Assembly (NCBI GenBank): GCA_964188305.1
Contig: OZ076885.1
Source of the DNA: Podarcis bocagei
Lineage: Eukaryota
Length of the DNA: 64,000 nucleotides
Strand: one strand, 5' to 3'
Under the pieces are notes generated by a model. The model searched no databases and was not told the DNA's origin. It saw nothing but the letters and a program-made list of their open reading frames with translations. Shown piece by piece: positions 26,501 to 40,500 of the stretch (its first letter is position 1; every line of letters starts with the position of its first letter). The translations under genes were made by a program, and so were the position numbers.

Positions 26501-28799
26501 AAGTTTTTCATTATCTCTTCATTTTCTTACATACTTTGTTTATAAATGCTTGCTTTTGATCATGTCGCATTTACATCTAGTTTGGTTGAGATAATTGGTA
26601 AAGAATTATGTTATGGAGCTGGCTCAAATACCTAAGTAGCGCTAAGGAGATTGCTCCATTAGTACAAGCCCTGTTGCACTAGTGGGACTCATTTGTGCTG
26701 GCTCTATTAACAGAAGTATTTAGTTGAATTTGTCCCTTTGTGTGGTGTTGTATGGCACCTCTGATTTTAACAGCTGACCCAAGATGTGGTGCTATTTGTG
26801 CTACTACTGCAGTGGTAGGAGCTGCTTCTCTGCTCTTTGGTGTGGTGCAGTGCATGTCTACTCAGAAGTATTATTCACTGTGTTCAATGGAACTTCTCTC
26901 AGCGAAGTTTGGAAAGAGTTGAAGCAAAAGATTTGGACTGAAATACCTGCTTCACTTGGTGTTGTAGTTGAAACTGTAGGTGGTACTGTGGTAGTCCCAC
27001 CACATCTGAATAGTTCTCTGTGGATTGTTCCATTGACATCACACGTTGCAATCATGCACCAGCCCAAGCCATCTGTGGTGTTGTAGATGACATCCTTGTA
27101 GATATATGTCTTTCCTTCATAATAGCAGTAGCATGCTGAAAATTGACAGAGTAAGAATGGTCAGGTAACATCATATGAAATATGATATAAGGTGCCATTC
27201 ATAACTCACTACATACAGCTTACCTTTGGCATCATAGTTACACTCTATGCCTTTACTGGTGCATGTACTGTAAAAAAATGATAGGAAAATGTGAGACCCA
27301 GGAATCATAAAACTGCATTCTGCTGTTTATTTTCTACTTAGTTTGGTCTGGAAGTTAATTTCATAGTTTTTCCCCTGCCTCCTTAAGCATTCATTTACCG
27401 TACTACTTCTTGTCTGTGATTTCATCTACCACATTCACACTGAATTGCAAATAGGAACATTCTAATAATTTTCTTGTTCTGGTTTTTGGGATTTATTGTG
27501 TATGTAAAATCCAATTTAAAATATTACTTCAATCAATTAGATTCTCAGCATACTTCATTCTAATGGTATATTATGAGTATATGATAAAGGATGCAATCAG
27601 AGCAACAAGATTCATTCTAGAATCAACAAGAATAACATCTCAAGGGGTATACAGAGAGTACAGTAGTACCACCGGTTGCGAACGGGATCCATTCTGGAGG
27701 TCCAGCCGGATCTCAAGGTTTTCGCTACCCAATGAAAAGGTTTGTCGCTTTCACAACCTGAAGTTTACGTTACCGAGAGTAACGTAACTGGAGGTGCTAC
27801 TGTAATTGATCATTTCTCTTAGTGTTGTCAAGCTATACATACTTACCATGCCTGACATGTCTTTCTTGAGTCAAATGTTTTTCCTAGTGGATGATAGTTA
27901 CCCTGATCATCATAACAGCCACACACATCAACACACGTCATCTCATCCTCATTGAAATAAGGCCTGTCTGCTGGACAGTGTGGGTAGCAGCCTGAGACAA
28001 AGGAAGGTGTGAGGGAGATAAGAGCAATATATAAAATCTGTCAAAAAGCAATTCCATTTAATTTACTTTTTTTTTTTGGGGGGGGGTATTTTAATTAATA
28101 TTTGTCATTGGTCCAGTGCTGGGATCTTTCCACCAATAGCTTTTCCACATGCTTCCAAGTTTCCATGAAAGGAAAAAGGTTGTGGTCATTTGCAGGTGTG
28201 TCGAATGAGCCCTTGATCACATCTAGGCTGGCTCTTAGAATTTAAGCCTGACTGCAAGCCATTTGAAACCCAAAAAGATGAGAACACAAGGTGACCTATT
28301 TTCTATTGGTTTAGACAACCAACAACACTCCCCCAAACTTGAAACCTATTAAATGTTGTGCATAGCTGGCTTAATGACCCTATAAGTCACTAGAAGTCTT
28401 CTTACCTTCCAAGCCAGGCAACTGATAATGGCATCTCCCGCTTGGGTTTCTGCATGTCTTCATGCATGGGGCTCCACAAGGCTTGTAGTGCCATTCACAT
28501 TCACGTTCATCATTGTAATAATCACAGAACATTGCTAAGGGGAACCGAAAGAAAAAGGTTGAGGACCAGACATTCCACCATGGATCTGTATTGCTGTCAA
28601 TGCCATTAAAATAATGGTGGGCACCATGACAAAGTATGCTCATGAGGCCAATACCTAAACTGATAAGAAGGTGGGAAGCAAAGGCATGAAGAAAGCACTG
28701 AAAATGAATGTAGTTATTTCTATTTACTGCAACATAGTTATATCAATAATCCTACATTAGGCAGTTGCTGATTCATTGAAAGTATTCACAGTACTGTAC

Positions 28800-28840
<41 letters not shown>

Positions 28841-31800
28841 CCAGACATTTTCTTCAGTGTGCTGTTTATTGTCATATATATCTAATGGAAAAATTATCTT
28901 GAAGCTAATATCTCATTTCCCCTTCACCCTCCTCCCACTTCCAGTATACATTCAAGTGTGGTCCAATACTCACGACAGAATGATGGTGTTCTCCATGATA
29001 TGCACACTCCAAATTCACTACATGCTTGAGCATACGCAGCTACAGCTGTACAGAAGCATTCACAATCTCCCCCCGTGTCACAAGCGCAGGAATCAGTTAC
29101 ACAAGCTTCATAATATCTCGTTGGCTCAACCTGTTAAAACATTGAAGCATCAGCTATGGGTCCTGCTGACATTTCCTAAGTTTGTTCCACGGGCAATAGT
29201 GTGTTTGAGAAGTTGTTGGTAATATCCCCACCCCCTGGGTTTGCAATTGCTTTCATAGATTGTTGGCTAGTGTGCAAAAGATCCAAAGGGCCAAACTAAA
29301 TATGAGGTCTGAATGCATCTTTGCATTTAATGTGTAAACAGTAATTATCAGCCCCTCCACCACACCAGCTGATTCTATTTACAGTGGTACCTCGGGTTAA
29401 GTACTTAATTCATTCTGGAGATCCGTTCTTAACCTGAAACTGTTCTTAACCTGAAGCACCACTTTAGCTAATGGGGCCTCCTGCTGCCGCCATGCCGCCG
29501 GAGCCCGATTTCTGGTCTTATCCTGAAGCAAAGTTCTTAACTTGAAGCACTATTTCTGGGTTAGCGGAGTGTGTAACCTGAAGCGTATGTAACCCGAGGT
29601 ACCACTGTACATTAAATATTTGCATACAGTGTAACAAAAACAAAAACATAAGGAACGTAAGAAATTCAAAGTCAGCGAGAAGTTCACATCTAAAATGTCT
29701 ATCCATGAAAAGTGTCCTTTCAGGGAGTGCTAGTTGCATTTTAAAAAATACCCCCAAAACCTTAAGGTGCAATGGGAAGGCACATTTAACATCCTTTCAC
29801 ACTTTGCTCTAAGTGGTGAAGATAGAGGCTCTGATCCAGAGTGTTCATACAGAAGACTGTACAGCGACTGGTGTGCTCATGCAACTTGCTGAAGAATATG
29901 AGCACTGCTCATTCAGGCAGCGTGGATCACCTCTTGGAGAGAGGAGGGGAGGGGAAGGGGTATCCAGACTGACTCCCATACCCACTCTTTCCCTCCAAAA
30001 GACTGCACAGACCTGGAACTGCCCTCCCATTATCTTTTTGCATTGGCACAAATACAGGCCTGTAAGCAAAATTCTATTTATGCACACGTATCTTGCCTGC
30101 TGTATTGGGGTGGTAAAAGTTCCATAGTTGAATATTCACATCAAGAATTGATTAGCAAAAGAAGGCAATAAATTGGGGAGAAGAGTCGGTGGAAGAAGAT
30201 TGGAAGAAATTTAAATACTATTTACAGAAATATTGCAAAATTAATGAATGTTAGAATGATGTCAGAATGAAGTTAAGTGGTTTAAGCAGCAATGTTTTAA
30301 AGGTGTATGAAAAATGGATTAATAACAGGTGAGAACTTAAAGTTATATTAAGTTAAAGGATTAAGATAAAAATAAAGAGGGAAAGAAACTGCTGAATTAA
30401 CTAACTGAACTGGAATACAAAAAAGGGAGGTGTGAGGAGGTCAGGGAAGTAAGGATATGAATATATGATATGGAAAGATTGATTTTTTTTTCTTTTTTAA
30501 ATGTTTTTTATCTTTTTCTGTATTTTTTATTTTTCTTTTTTTCCTTTTTTATTTCTATTGTTGTCTTTTTGTCTAATTTTTTTACTTATGTAACTTTTTT
30601 CCTTTGAAAACTTAATAAATATCATTTTTTTTTAAAAAAAGAAGGCAATAAATTGGGTCGTAACAATCAGTTAGGGACTTCCCTTTAAAACAGGAAGAAA
30701 AGATATCAGCATAAGCTAATTTTCTGAATGGTCTGTCTTGACTTAGCCTGAATTCTTCTTATTAGTATTTTTCTAAATGGCTTCTTCACAATCCAAAACA
30801 TTAGAAACAGGATCTAGTGATAAACATTTACACTGAACACACTCCAAAATCTAGAATATGACAGCAGTGGGACACATAGTAGAGGGTTGTTAAAGGCACT
30901 ACTTAAAGGTGCTGCTAGACAGTCTTCAGAGTTGGTGACATCCTGTAGGGTGTTACGTGCCTTCTGTAATGGACTGTTGAAATCCATGAAACCACCACAT
31001 GTATAATTATAGACTTGTAATTGCTCAGGAATTGTGGTGAACACCTGAAAAATTCTAGACTTCAAGATAGTTCTGCCGCAAGGTATACCTGAGAGTGGCA
31101 GGCAGCAAAGGCCTTGCTGTTGATGATGCTGCATTGCTTCTGTGCCCAGGACTTTCTGTAAGGGTTCTTGAAGCAAGGATCCTTTGTGCATTTGGCTTCA
31201 GGACATGTGGGAGACACCTTCCAACTATTACCAAACTCCAGCACATCACTTACTACAGACTGACTCCGGGTAGTGAAGTCATTCATTCCATTGCCATCAT
31301 AGTTTCCACATAAACCACAGACCTGACCCTGCACAAAGAAGCAATGAAAACACTTGAGTTACAGATAAATTGCATGAACCTCTTAGTCCAACTTAATTTT
31401 TGATTTTCTCCCATTTGGTTAATTAACACGCTGCCATCTCTTATTATAGGAAACTATCATTATTTGTTGCATTTAGAAAACACAAGCCATGTGTGCCTAG
31501 AGGTAAGAGATTTGTTTTTTCTTTCCTTCCTATGAAGATTATTTTGCATTTGTTCAAAAATACAAACAAAAGAAAGAATTTTATATTGTGTTCGATTTCT
31601 CAGTTATTGTTAATCTACAAGTTATTGTCTATTCATAACTTCATAACTTCTCCATCTTATTGCCATATGCTGATCAAAAGGGCAGCAGACATATATTGAA
31701 AATATACTGCATTGGTATAAAATTCATTGAAATGTTCAAACATTGCTCATATTTTGAAATGATAACAGAACTATTATATTTGGTCTCCTTATCAAAACAT

Positions 31801-34800
31801 GGTGTTTTCTGGGTCAGTTAAAAAGTAGATGCTTGCAAGGTGAGATTGCAAACAGATACCCATCTAAATCTGAATCATATACCTGTTTACTAATAGTACT
31901 TTATACAATATGGATGTCAAGCAGAGGCTGTTTGCAACTTCTTCCATGCGGCAGCAGCTCCCTGTGGAATAGCCCTGTTTGTTTGATATGCCCCATGTCA
32001 TCTTCAAATAATCCCGGTGGAGGCAGTTGCATGAAAGCCAGTCATGCCGGGAACCAATATATACCAAAGAGACAAGGCATATGAAGTAGTTTCCCTTATG
32101 AACCATCCTTTTTGCAGAGGCTATTTCAGATGACCTCCCCATGGTTTCTGTCTTGAAAATCAGCTCTTAAGGTGTGACTCTAAGCACACTTACAATTGAA
32201 ATAATTGTCATGGAAATGAGTGGGATTTGCATCTAAATTATGCACATTTAAACTTAAAATGTAAGAGGCACTATTCTTGTAAAAAGTGCATCACCTTGAA
32301 ATCATCACGTAATTTGATAAATACGCTGGTTTTCTTATCCCATAAAAGGATCAGCCCATTGTTTGCTTCAATAACCAAATACATGCCCATGTAGCGAATC
32401 TTGTAAGGTACTTGGCCTCCATCACCCCTTTGTATTAATTCATGGCGCTCCTCACTGAGGATCAGATCATAGTTCTGGGGGAGCAAAATAAATAATGGGG
32501 GAAAGTCATTACAATGTTCAAAAACAAAAACTGGTGTTCATCATCCATCAACCCTACGTATAATGTGTTGCAGAAAATTCAGGCAGGGAGACTGTTGGGC
32601 AGCGAGGTGGGTGGTAAGCCAGAACTCCTAATCTGTCCTGGTTGCCCAGTGCCAGGATCACACACTCTAGATGCCACCCACCTCCAACTGCTCAGAAAGC
32701 CGAGAGAGAGAGAATTTCTACAGACCAGAGCAACTTCCCCTCAGCGACCCTCAAGTCTGCCCTGATGCTGCACCAAGTACTGGTGTGTGAGAGTCCAACT
32801 CCACCCTGCTCACCCACCTAGGTCTCAGTGATGCAGAACGGATTGGCCTCCTCATTCATAATCAGACCAGGGATGAGGAAAGTCTTGTTCAGAGCTGACC
32901 TGGCATTCAGCAATAGTGCCTGCAGAATCGAGGGCTGGCTGATATGACAACCACAATTACCCAGGTTGGAGAAGGGGCTGGCACATGGCACAGACACTAA
33001 CTGCCTGTGACATGTGCCCCTTACCCGGTCTGCCCCGCCTCCCACATTATACCTTGCCCCTATCCTGAACCACTCTGATTGGGGCACTCCTCAGTCTCCT
33101 CTATTTTCAAACACATCTCCCCTCACTCAGTAAAAACAAACAAACAACAACAAACCACACAAATTAAAAACAGTTAAAACAATTGTAGCAGTGGCCTTAT
33201 CTCTGCTGCTCTCAACTGCTGGTGCTGGCTTGCCTGAAGGTGAGAGGCTCAGTAGGTGCAAGACTAGCAGGAGGGAGGGGGGCTGTAGGTGGTGAGAGGA
33301 TAGAAGTCTCTTCTCCTGCCCTCACTTTCTCTTTCCAGTTCACCTCCTTGCCTCACTTAGTTGCTTGTTTGGAACCTAGTATGCAGATTAAATCATCTCA
33401 TGCTAAACCCTGATACGGTTCCCTAATAGTACTGGTAACGCTACTCACCCCAAAGAAGACTTTAATAGATTTTGAGCAAGTGGTTCCAGTAGTACCACAG
33501 GGAACATTTTCGGTGATGACTCGGAATGTTCCGGGGGCAGAGTTGTTCTGTCCACAGTGATCCTAAGAAGGGGAGGGTGAAATAAGGGAAGAGATGACTT
33601 CATTCTGTGGTGTATTCAGCTTAATTCTCCATTCATAAGGTCAAGACAAATTGCTCAGTACCTGAACTAGTGTATATTCACATTTCCCACTGAAAATGTA
33701 ACGCTTGTCGTCAAAGGTGATATAATGCCCATCTCCATAAACAGCACAGGTACCTAGGCATCTGTCCTTGGTGCATTCCCACATCCTGTTCTTACATACG
33801 CTGAGGGAGAAGAAGGGAGAAAACAGAGCATTTTAAAGTGATTCCTTGGTTTGCCCAGATATAAGCTGGCATGTATTCCTTTAACACAGGCTTACATGAC
33901 TTATCTCTTAAATTAATCATAGGCAATGTGTGGAGAGGGGAGGGGAGAGCAAGGGAAGCTGCGTTATTTCTTACAGCCTGTAAAACATCAGAAAGATGGG
34001 AATTAAAAGAAATGAGCTATGTAAGTTCTTTCATAGGCCACTCAAGAACGTTACAAGTTCACTGTACCATATTGTGGACTAGCCTAAGGGGAGCATAAGA
34101 AGAGTCTGCTGGATCAGGCCAATGGCCCATCCTGCCCAGCATCTGTTCTCACAATGGCCAAGCAGGTGCCTTATAAAAGCCCAGACCTCCCTTAGAACAC
34201 TTTCCTGATTTGTTCAGAAATAAGCAAGATGTATGTGTGTGACTGTGTGTATAATGTATCATTGTGCTAATGAGGATATGAAGTTCCTCCTATCCAGCTG
34301 TATTTGGTTACTTGGCTCATTCACCTCCACATCAGCCTGTCAATGCACAAAAGTTACCATCAGAAGCTTTCTTCTAGGTGTGCCCACAGACTTGGGGTGT
34401 GGCAGGGGGTGACCAGGAAGGAAGCTTGTTCAGTGGTCACAGCCCATCTAAGGAACAGCCAGAGTGGTTTAGCTGGTGCCCATGCTACTATGTTTCTTTG
34501 GCAACAGATGAGGGCCACTTTGTTGTCTATGACCTTTTAACGAACTTTAAAGTCTGAATTGACTGTTTTTAATTATGCTTTTATCTGCTGCCTTTCATGA
34601 TGTTGTTTGTTGTATGTGGATTTTACATAAGTCACCCTGGAAAATTTAATTTGACAAATAGAATACACATTTATTAATAAAAAAATGTCATAGCCACATA
34701 ATATTTTTAGGTATTTCTTTCTTTAGTTATTTATAGTATACATAGGTGTACATTAGAGAGTAAACTCTGGTGTACATGCATAATACGTGAAATGACCCTA

Positions 34801-37561
34801 TGTATATCTGCCAACCTGTTATTCAACCTAATAATTATTTCTATTTTTTGTGTTGGTTATTTTAGGAACATATAAGATGATGGTAACAAGAGGCATTTTC
34901 TTTAAGAAGTCCTTACCAGGTGTTACAGTTGACTTTAATCTTCTCTCCTGGCTGATATGTGGCATCATTGTGAATGCATGGACACTCTTCCATAGCGATG
35001 CAGCCCCCTTTACCATCTGACACCAGCCCAGCAGGGCACATGCAGCCAGAGACACACTGTGTGCTATACTGTAAAAGCCAAGAAAGCATTACTTCAGAAG
35101 AGAGAATAATGCTGATAACAATTGAATTAGTCCACTAAAACAGGACTGGATCAAAAGACTGTAGGCTGTGGGAATTCAAGTGGGTGAAAGCCTATGCTTG
35201 TTAAATTGTGAACTGACACCTGATTCAGCAGCTCTTGTGCATACCCAGGAGCCCCAATTTGCAAGGTGGTCTCCAGTGTAAACATTAAGGTTTGAATGAG
35301 CAGTGGCTGGTCCACTTAACTTTGATGCTGGTACATGTGAAAACTGTTCCTTCCCTGACACTAAAGTGAATGGAAGATCCCATGCTTATCCCCTGCTTTT
35401 TTTGTAAACCACTTGTAGGTGGGTGTGGGTGTATTTAATTTAGTGGTATGTATATTTAATGAAATAAGTAAGAAATTATGCAAAGTTCCAATATATGCAT
35501 TATAACCCTGCAGCTCAGGGATGGGGAATGTTTTCAGTCTGAGGTCCACCTTTCTTGTTGACAACCTTCCAGGATTTTCATGCCAGTGGTAGGTTGGGTC
35601 AGAGGTAAATGTGAGTGGAGCAACAGATGTAACCCTAACCTTATGTACAGTAGTCTACATTCTGATCATGCAAAAGGCAGAGGTTCACACACTTCTCCAT
35701 CTTCCATCCTGCATCCAGACAAGCAATAGGCATTTGTCACAGTTCAAAACACATTCCAAACAGGCAAAAGCACTTGAGGACACGAAGCAGGACCAGGGAT
35801 GGGAATGGGCTGAAAAGAGGCCTGAGGATACGGAGGCTGGGAGGGCTCTGTTCAGCTAACATCCTGAGATCCCTCACCCACTACTCTAGATGGGGAGGAG
35901 GGTGAGGACAGGAGAGTGCCTTGTCTAAGGTCAGATAATAAGTTTGTGACAAAAGCAAAGGACATTCTGATTGATAGCACAGTCTCTTAAAATATCATCC
36001 GGTCCTGCATACTTACACAGTGCATATCAAGAGTCTGACAGCTTTTCTGGCATTCAGCTCCAGTTTGGCCTGCAGTGGCATTTCTGCAGTTAAAGTAGAC
36101 CATGGGGGCAACGCAGACTAGCAGGGCAAAAGGAGAGAAAATGTGTAAGAGATGAAAGGACAGGCATGGGTACCACAGAACAGGAAGACCTCAAACAAAC
36201 CTTTTGAACAGAAGTCTACTATGGTTTGTGGAACTATTATATAATTAACTATGAAGCCCATATTAACTTGAAACTTTTAATGAATATGGTTTTCCAGTGA
36301 ATATTTAATAATTGTGCCCAGTTGTCAATTTGTAGCCATCTACAATATAAAAGGCTTTTAACAAAATAAGGAACGCAGCCCAATTGTCTGCAACTTTCCA
36401 AGATGGAAAGTAAGAATATATATCATATTTTACATATATAGGTATATTCTCCTTACCCTGTTTTGTGTCCCCATCACCAATGCAGTTCAACTTTCCTTGG
36501 CTGCATGTGCTATGTAAAAGAAAGAGGAATTAGGTTTGCTTTTGCATTCACTTTCTGGTTGTGCTTAAAACTTGGAGCCTTCAAGTTGTGAGTCTGTAGT
36601 TGTGCCCTAGACAGAGTAGAGCAGTTGGGTTTACTCCAGAAATACCGGTGATTTAGGGATATTTAGAATCTAAAATTGAATCCCCGCAGCGGGGTGCGCT
36701 CCTGTTGTTCGGTCCCAGCGCCTGCCAACCTAGCAGTTCGAAAGCACCCCTGGGTGCAAGTAGATAAATAGGGACCGCTTACCAGCGGGAAGGTAAACGG
36801 CGTTCCGTGTGCTGCGCTGGCTCGCCAGATGCAGCTTGTCACGCTGGCCACGTGACCCGGAAGTGTCTGCGGACAGCGCTGGCTCCCGGCCTATAGAGTG
36901 AGATGAGCGCACAACCCTAGAGTCTGTCAAGACTGGCCCGTACGGGCAGGGGTACCTTTACCTTTACCTTTTTTAGAATCTGAAAATGGGACCATACAGG
37001 TCACTAATTTGGATGTTTTTCCAAATTCTGTTGCTCTTTATGTATTTAGGCATTTTGGTCTATTTACTTATAAGATATGGAGGGGAAATTAGTTAGGTAG
37101 CGATAAAAGAATCTGGGACAAAATGCAAGCATTCCAGATACCGGCACTACTTAGTCATGTATTCTGATAATGCTAGAAGAGCTTTGCCATGAGTTGTAGT
37201 CCCTAACATTTGGAGGGCACCAGGTTGGTGAAGGCTGTACTAAAAAGTTAAAGGCAGCAGCTTGAATCCTCTTACCACAAAACACCAACGTCATGGAGCA
37301 CTTCACCGGAGAGTATTGACGTTCCTTTGTAATAGCATGGGCATTTGTTAGCAGGTACACATTTTCCATAATCATCCATGTAGGTTCCACTTTCACAGGT
37401 GCATCCATCAACTGGGACAAATTTGACATTGCAGGTAACATCAGGTTCACTCAGAGATCGGCAGGTAGGTTGACAAGAACTGATGGAATAGCTGTAATTC
37501 AGGGATTTGGGGCATGAAGTGGTGTATCTGGCTGGAAAGAGAAAAACAAACAGCTTGATTA

Positions 37562-37595
<34 letters not shown>

Positions 37596-40500
37596 AGCTT
37601 TTCTGTGACCTGCCTTTTCGTCCTAAGACACAGACATACACACAGTAGTTTGCAAAAAAAGAATTAAAAAATAATAAGGTAAATTACTAAAGGAAGAATA
37701 CATGTGGTTATATAGATAGCTAAATGCCCGCTGAAACAGAAGCCAGGCAGACCTTCAGGAGGGCCTTTCATAGTGAGGGTGCCACAACTAAAAATGCTCT
37801 GTCCCTAGTACCTATCTGCCACAGAGCATCAAGGAGACACAGAGCAGAACCTGCAAAGGCAGGCTCTTATGGGTGAGGGCAATCCTTTAGGTATCCAGGT
37901 CCCAGACTATGAATTTAATGGTTAAGACCAGTAGTTGGAATTGAGACCAGAAGCAGATAGCCAGTGAAATTAGAGTAGTATTAGTGATGTGTTCTATACA
38001 TTCATCTCAGATAGTAGTGTGGCTGCTGCATTGTGAAATCTGCAGCTCCCAGATGCTTTTGGAAGGCATCTCCACATAGAGTGCATTGCTGAAACCTAGC
38101 CTGGATAAAATCAAGGCATGAATGTTCATGACTAGATCCATCTTTTTTATTTTTATTTTAAAAAATTGGATTATCTTTTTTTTGGGGGGGGATGTGTCCT
38201 GAAGTCTATTACTCCAGACCATCACTAAGAGAACCCAGCAAGACAAGGAAAATGCTAAGATTCATTGGCACAAAAAGTTATTTCATTTTAAGACCCGAGA
38301 TGGCTGTTTAGAAGACTTACAACAGACATTGGTCCTCCATCCTGGAAGCTCTACTTTTTCAGCTGCACAGGCTCTAACATAGGAAGAGAGGGCAGCACAC
38401 ATGCAATCCTCACTTCTTTCACAGTTGCAGGTGTCAAACATGCAATTCTAGAGAACAGGAAAATGCTCTTATTAAAAACAATCCATTCCAAGTCAATAAT
38501 CCTTTTCCTACCGTTTCTCAATTTGACTAGATTAGATTTCACTTGTAACTTTTTTTCAAACTAACTTATATCCCATTCAGTGTCATCTCTCATCCTTTAG
38601 CAGGCAGGGGCTCGATGTTCTTGGCTTCAGCAGTAGAATTGTATCATGTGCCTTCAGGCCATTTTAGCAATACAACAATTGCTGACCCAAATTGGATTTT
38701 CAGTTCTGAGTTTCACTATTGTCAGTCTTACATTTTGGTTCATAACTGGAAAGGGAAATCAACATTACTTGCAAGCAACTCAGGATTATAAGCATTATGC
38801 TTCAAAGCAAAATGAAGTATCATGTGGCGTGTATGTGAATAAAAGGGGGAAATATTTATCTATATTTAGATCCAGGAGATGACGGAAGTATTCCTACTCA
38901 GACTAGACCCATTGAAATTAATGAACCCAAGTTACTTATGGCCATTATCTTCTGTGGGTCTACTTTGAGTAGGACTATCACAGAATACTTGGGACGTGGG
39001 AGGTGCTGTCGGTTAAACCACAGAGCCTAGGACTTGCTGATCAGAAGGTCGGTGGTTTGAATCCCCATGATGAGGTGAGCTCCCGTTACTCGGTCCCTGC
39101 TCCTGCCCACCTAGCAATTCGAAAGCATGTCAAAGTGCAAGTAGATAAATAGGTACTGCTCCAGGGGGAAGGTAAGCGGCATTTCCGTGCCCTGCTCTGG
39201 TTCGCCAGAAGCAGCTTAGTCATGCTGGCCACATGACCCGGAAGCTGTACGCCGGCTCCCTCGGCCAATAAAGCGAGATGAGCGCCACAACCCCAGAGTC
39301 GGTCATGACTGGACCTAATGGTCAGGGGTCCCTTTACCTTTACCTATCACAGAATACTACTCATTGAGTTCAGACATTCATCTGAAATAGAAGTCTTAAA
39401 GCCAGTGAGCTCATACATGTGCAACACTAGATTTCTCATCAGTTGATGATACAGAGGAGAATATGTGAACTGACTCTTTTGAAAAGTTTATGTGTGGTGA
39501 TATGGAATGGCATGAAAACATTGTCTGTGGTACAGTGATACCTCGGGTTAAGAACTTAATTCGTTCTGGAGGTCTATTCTTAACCTGAAACTGTTCTTAA
39601 CCTGAAGCACCACTTTGGCTAATGGTGCCTCCTGCTGCCGCTGCGCTGCTGGAGCACAATTTCTGTTCTCATCCTGAAGCAAAGTTCTTAACCCGAGGTA
39701 ATATTTCTGGATTAGCGGAGTCTGTAACCTGAAGTGTATGTAACCCGAGGAACCACTGTATTTGATTTGTGATGGCAAATTCAGCGGCATAGCTAGCCGC
39801 TTGGGTGCTGGGTGCGGCACGCACGTCCTGCAGCTGGGGGGTGGGACAAGCCACCCATGGGGGCGGAGTGGGCTTTATGGAGCCTCTCTGCCATCTCCCC
39901 CTCAGCTGTAGGATGGCTGAGGGAGAGGCAGAGGGCAGATGCAAGTCCTACGCTGCCATTTCAGGCAACACAGAGCCTGCAGGCGCCCAAGCCACCACGT
40001 CACTCCCAGGAGAGACATGTGGCTCGGGCACGCTGCAGACCCCGTGGTAAGTGCCGGCCCCCGTGGTGTAGTGCCCAGTGCCAGCCGCGTTTCGTTACGT
40101 TTGTTGACTGAACTAAAAAGTTTCATGAGCCCATTTTATTTTTAAAAACTCATATTTTTGTCATTATGCCACCCCCTCAGTGATGACACCTGGGGAGACC
40201 TGCACCCCCGCACCCCCTTCCTCCGCCACTGGGCCAATTTACTCATGGAATCAGCATTTGATACTGTAGTCATCAAGTGATGGGCATGCACTTGTGAACT
40301 AGTCCTTTAAACTCTCCTATGCCTTCTAGTCAAATCCTGACTGGCTTTTCTCCCAGCCTTCAGAGCATCCAGAAGCTCTATTGAAATTCTTTCACATCAT
40401 CTTCACTCCTGGACATTCTGTTTATGCTCAGCATTTCACTGTCTCAGCATGGCCTATGCTAACTGCCCAGCACTCAGCTCCCCTACTCCCTTGTCAGTTT

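Noticed and set aside
38991-39075. tRNA-like heads here and at 1520-1585, 14590, 46710, 52780, 61240
   Set aside because: SINE heads with Pol III boxes, not complete tRNA genes
39770-40231. GC-rich intronic block with several overlapping ORFs
   Set aside because: Looks like a transposon remnant (one terminal-like CAGTGGCGGAGG end); no matching second end or coding support, so left uncalled
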